Origin: Nemertoderma westbladi
Lineage: Eukaryota > Animalia > Xenacoelomorpha
Reading direction: 5' to 3'
NCBI GenBank assembly: GCA_032718475.1
Contig: JAUCBJ010008396.1
Coordinates: 42,977 to 106,976, forward strand
Length of the DNA: 64,000 nucleotides
The position numbers were made by a program, and so were the translations under genes. The notes under the pieces were generated by a model. The model was not told where the DNA came from and ran no database searches. It saw nothing but the letters and a program-made list of their open reading frames with translations. Of the stretch, positions 62,701-64,000 are shown one piece after another; within the stretch, counting starts at the first letter, position 1, and each line of letters starts with the position of its first letter.

Positions 62701-64000
62701 TTTGTATTATGTATAGTAAGTTTGTGTTGTGTATAGTAAGTTTGTATTATGTATAGTAAGTTTGTGTTGTATTATGTATAGTAAGTTTGTGTTGTGTATA
62801 GTAAGTTTGTGTTGTATTATGTATAGTAAGTTTGTGTTGTGTATAGTAAGTTTGTGTTGTGTATAGTAAGTTTGTGTTGTGTATAGTAAGTTTGTATTAT
62901 GTATAGTAAGTTTGTGTTGTGTATAGTAAGTTTGTGTTGTGTATAGTAAGTTTGTGTTGTGTATAGTAAGTTTGTGTTGTGTATAGTAAGTTTGTGTTGA
63001 TAGTAAGTTTGTCTTGTGTATAGTGAGTTTGTGTATAGTAAGTTTGTGCATAGTAAGTTTGTATTATGTATAGTAAGTTTGTGTTGTGTATAGTAATTTT
63101 GTGTTGTGTATAGTAAGTTTGTGTTGTGTATAGTAAGTTTGTCTTGTGTATAGTAAGTTTGTGTTGTATTATGTATAGTAAGTTTCTGTTGTGTATAGTA
63201 AGTTTGTGTTGTGTATAGTAAGTTTGTATCGTGCATAGTAAGTTTGTGTTGTATTATGTATAGTAAGTTTCTGTTGTGGATAGTAAGTTTGTATTATGTA
63301 TAGTAAGTTTGTGTTGTGTATAGTAAGTTTGTGTTGTGTATAGTAAGTTTGTGTTGATAGTAAGTTTGTCTTGTGTATAGTGAGTTTGTGTATAGTAAGT
63401 TTGTGCATAGTAAGTTTGTATTATGTATAGTAAGTTTGTGTTGTGTATAGTAATTTTGTGTTGTGTATAGTAAGTTTGTGTTGTGTATAGTAAGTTTGTA
63501 TTATGTATAGTAAGTTTGTGTTGTGTATAGTAAGTTTGTGTTGTATTATATATAGTAAGTTTGTGTTGTGTATAGTAAGTTTGTCTTGTGTATAGTAAGT
63601 TTGTATCGTTCATAGTAAGTTTGTGTTGTATTATGTATAGTAAGTTTCTGTTGTGTATAGTAAGTTTGTGTTGTGTATAGTAAGTTTGTATCGTGCATAG
63701 TAAGTTTGTGTTGTATTATGTATAGTAAGTTTCTGTTGTGTATAGTAAGTTTCTGTTGTGTATAGTAAGTTTGTGTTGTGTATAGTAAGTTTGTGTTGTA
63801 TTATGTAGTAAGTTTGTGTTGTGTATAGTAAGTTTGTGTTGTGTATAGTAAGTTTGTATTATGTATAGTAAGTTTGTGTTGTATTATGTATAGTAAGTTT
63901 GTGTTGTGTATAGTAAGTTTGTGTTGTATTATGTATAGTAAGTTTGTGTTGTGTATAGTAAGTTTGTGTTGTGTATAGTAAGTTTTTGTTGTGTATAGTA
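31739..64000 (+). repeat. 20-bp GTAAGT-headed satellite, more than 32 kb, in intron 1 of TPPP copy 2; runs off the window end
   Basis: Uninterrupted array of the same monomer as 16736-23020, with kb-scale higher-order repeats. Confidence 0.97.

Noticed and set aside
16977-63613. Dozens of minus-strand ORFs (HKLTIHNTNLLYTTQTYYTQ repeats, up to 542 aa)
   Set aside because: They are translations of the stop-poor strand of the 20-bp satellite. All three frames give the same peptide cycle, and the region is an intron of a + strand gene.
1-64000. CRISPR array interpretation of the 20-39-bp repeats
   Set aside because: Units are head-to-tail with no unique spacers and no cas genes, and the context is eukaryotic (spliceosomal introns, LINE/SINE/LTR elements).
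31739-64000. Telomeric repeat interpretation of the G/T-rich strand-biased array
   Set aside because: The same array is internal and bounded by exons in copy 1, has no GGG runs, and begins at a splice donor. Subtelomeric location cannot be excluded from this window.

Overview
AT-rich eukaryotic (probably invertebrate animal) genomic DNA dominated by intronic tandem repeats. Almost all long ORFs in the supplied track are artefacts of these repeats. Two spliced genes can be rebuilt by hand on the + strand. The first is the last four exons of a small Cys-rich single-pass membrane protein (2173-4589). The second is a complete 4-exon, 156-aa TPPP/p25-alpha gene (16566-26094). TPPP exon 1 and its upstream flank are duplicated 15,003 bp downstream (31569-31738). 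The window also holds a decayed Ty3/Gypsy LTR element with intact ends (5756-11549), two RTE-type LINE fragments, a piggyBac-like non-autonomous element, two SINE copies and several foldback/MITE elements. The most striking pattern is that the intronic satellites are built from 5' splice donors. A 20-bp GTAAGT-headed unit starts at the first base of TPPP intron 1 and runs 6.3 kb in copy 1 and more than 32 kb in copy 2. A 39-bp unit starts at a GTTAGT donor of the upstream gene, a 21-bp unit carries CAG|GTTAGT, and a 27-bp unit carries ATG|GTAAGA on the minus strand. Two further observations stand out: at least five Tc1/mariner-type TACAGTA/TACTGTA excision footprints seen by internal comparison, and a chimeric LINE that suggests the TPPP duplication arose by LINE-LINE unequal recombination.
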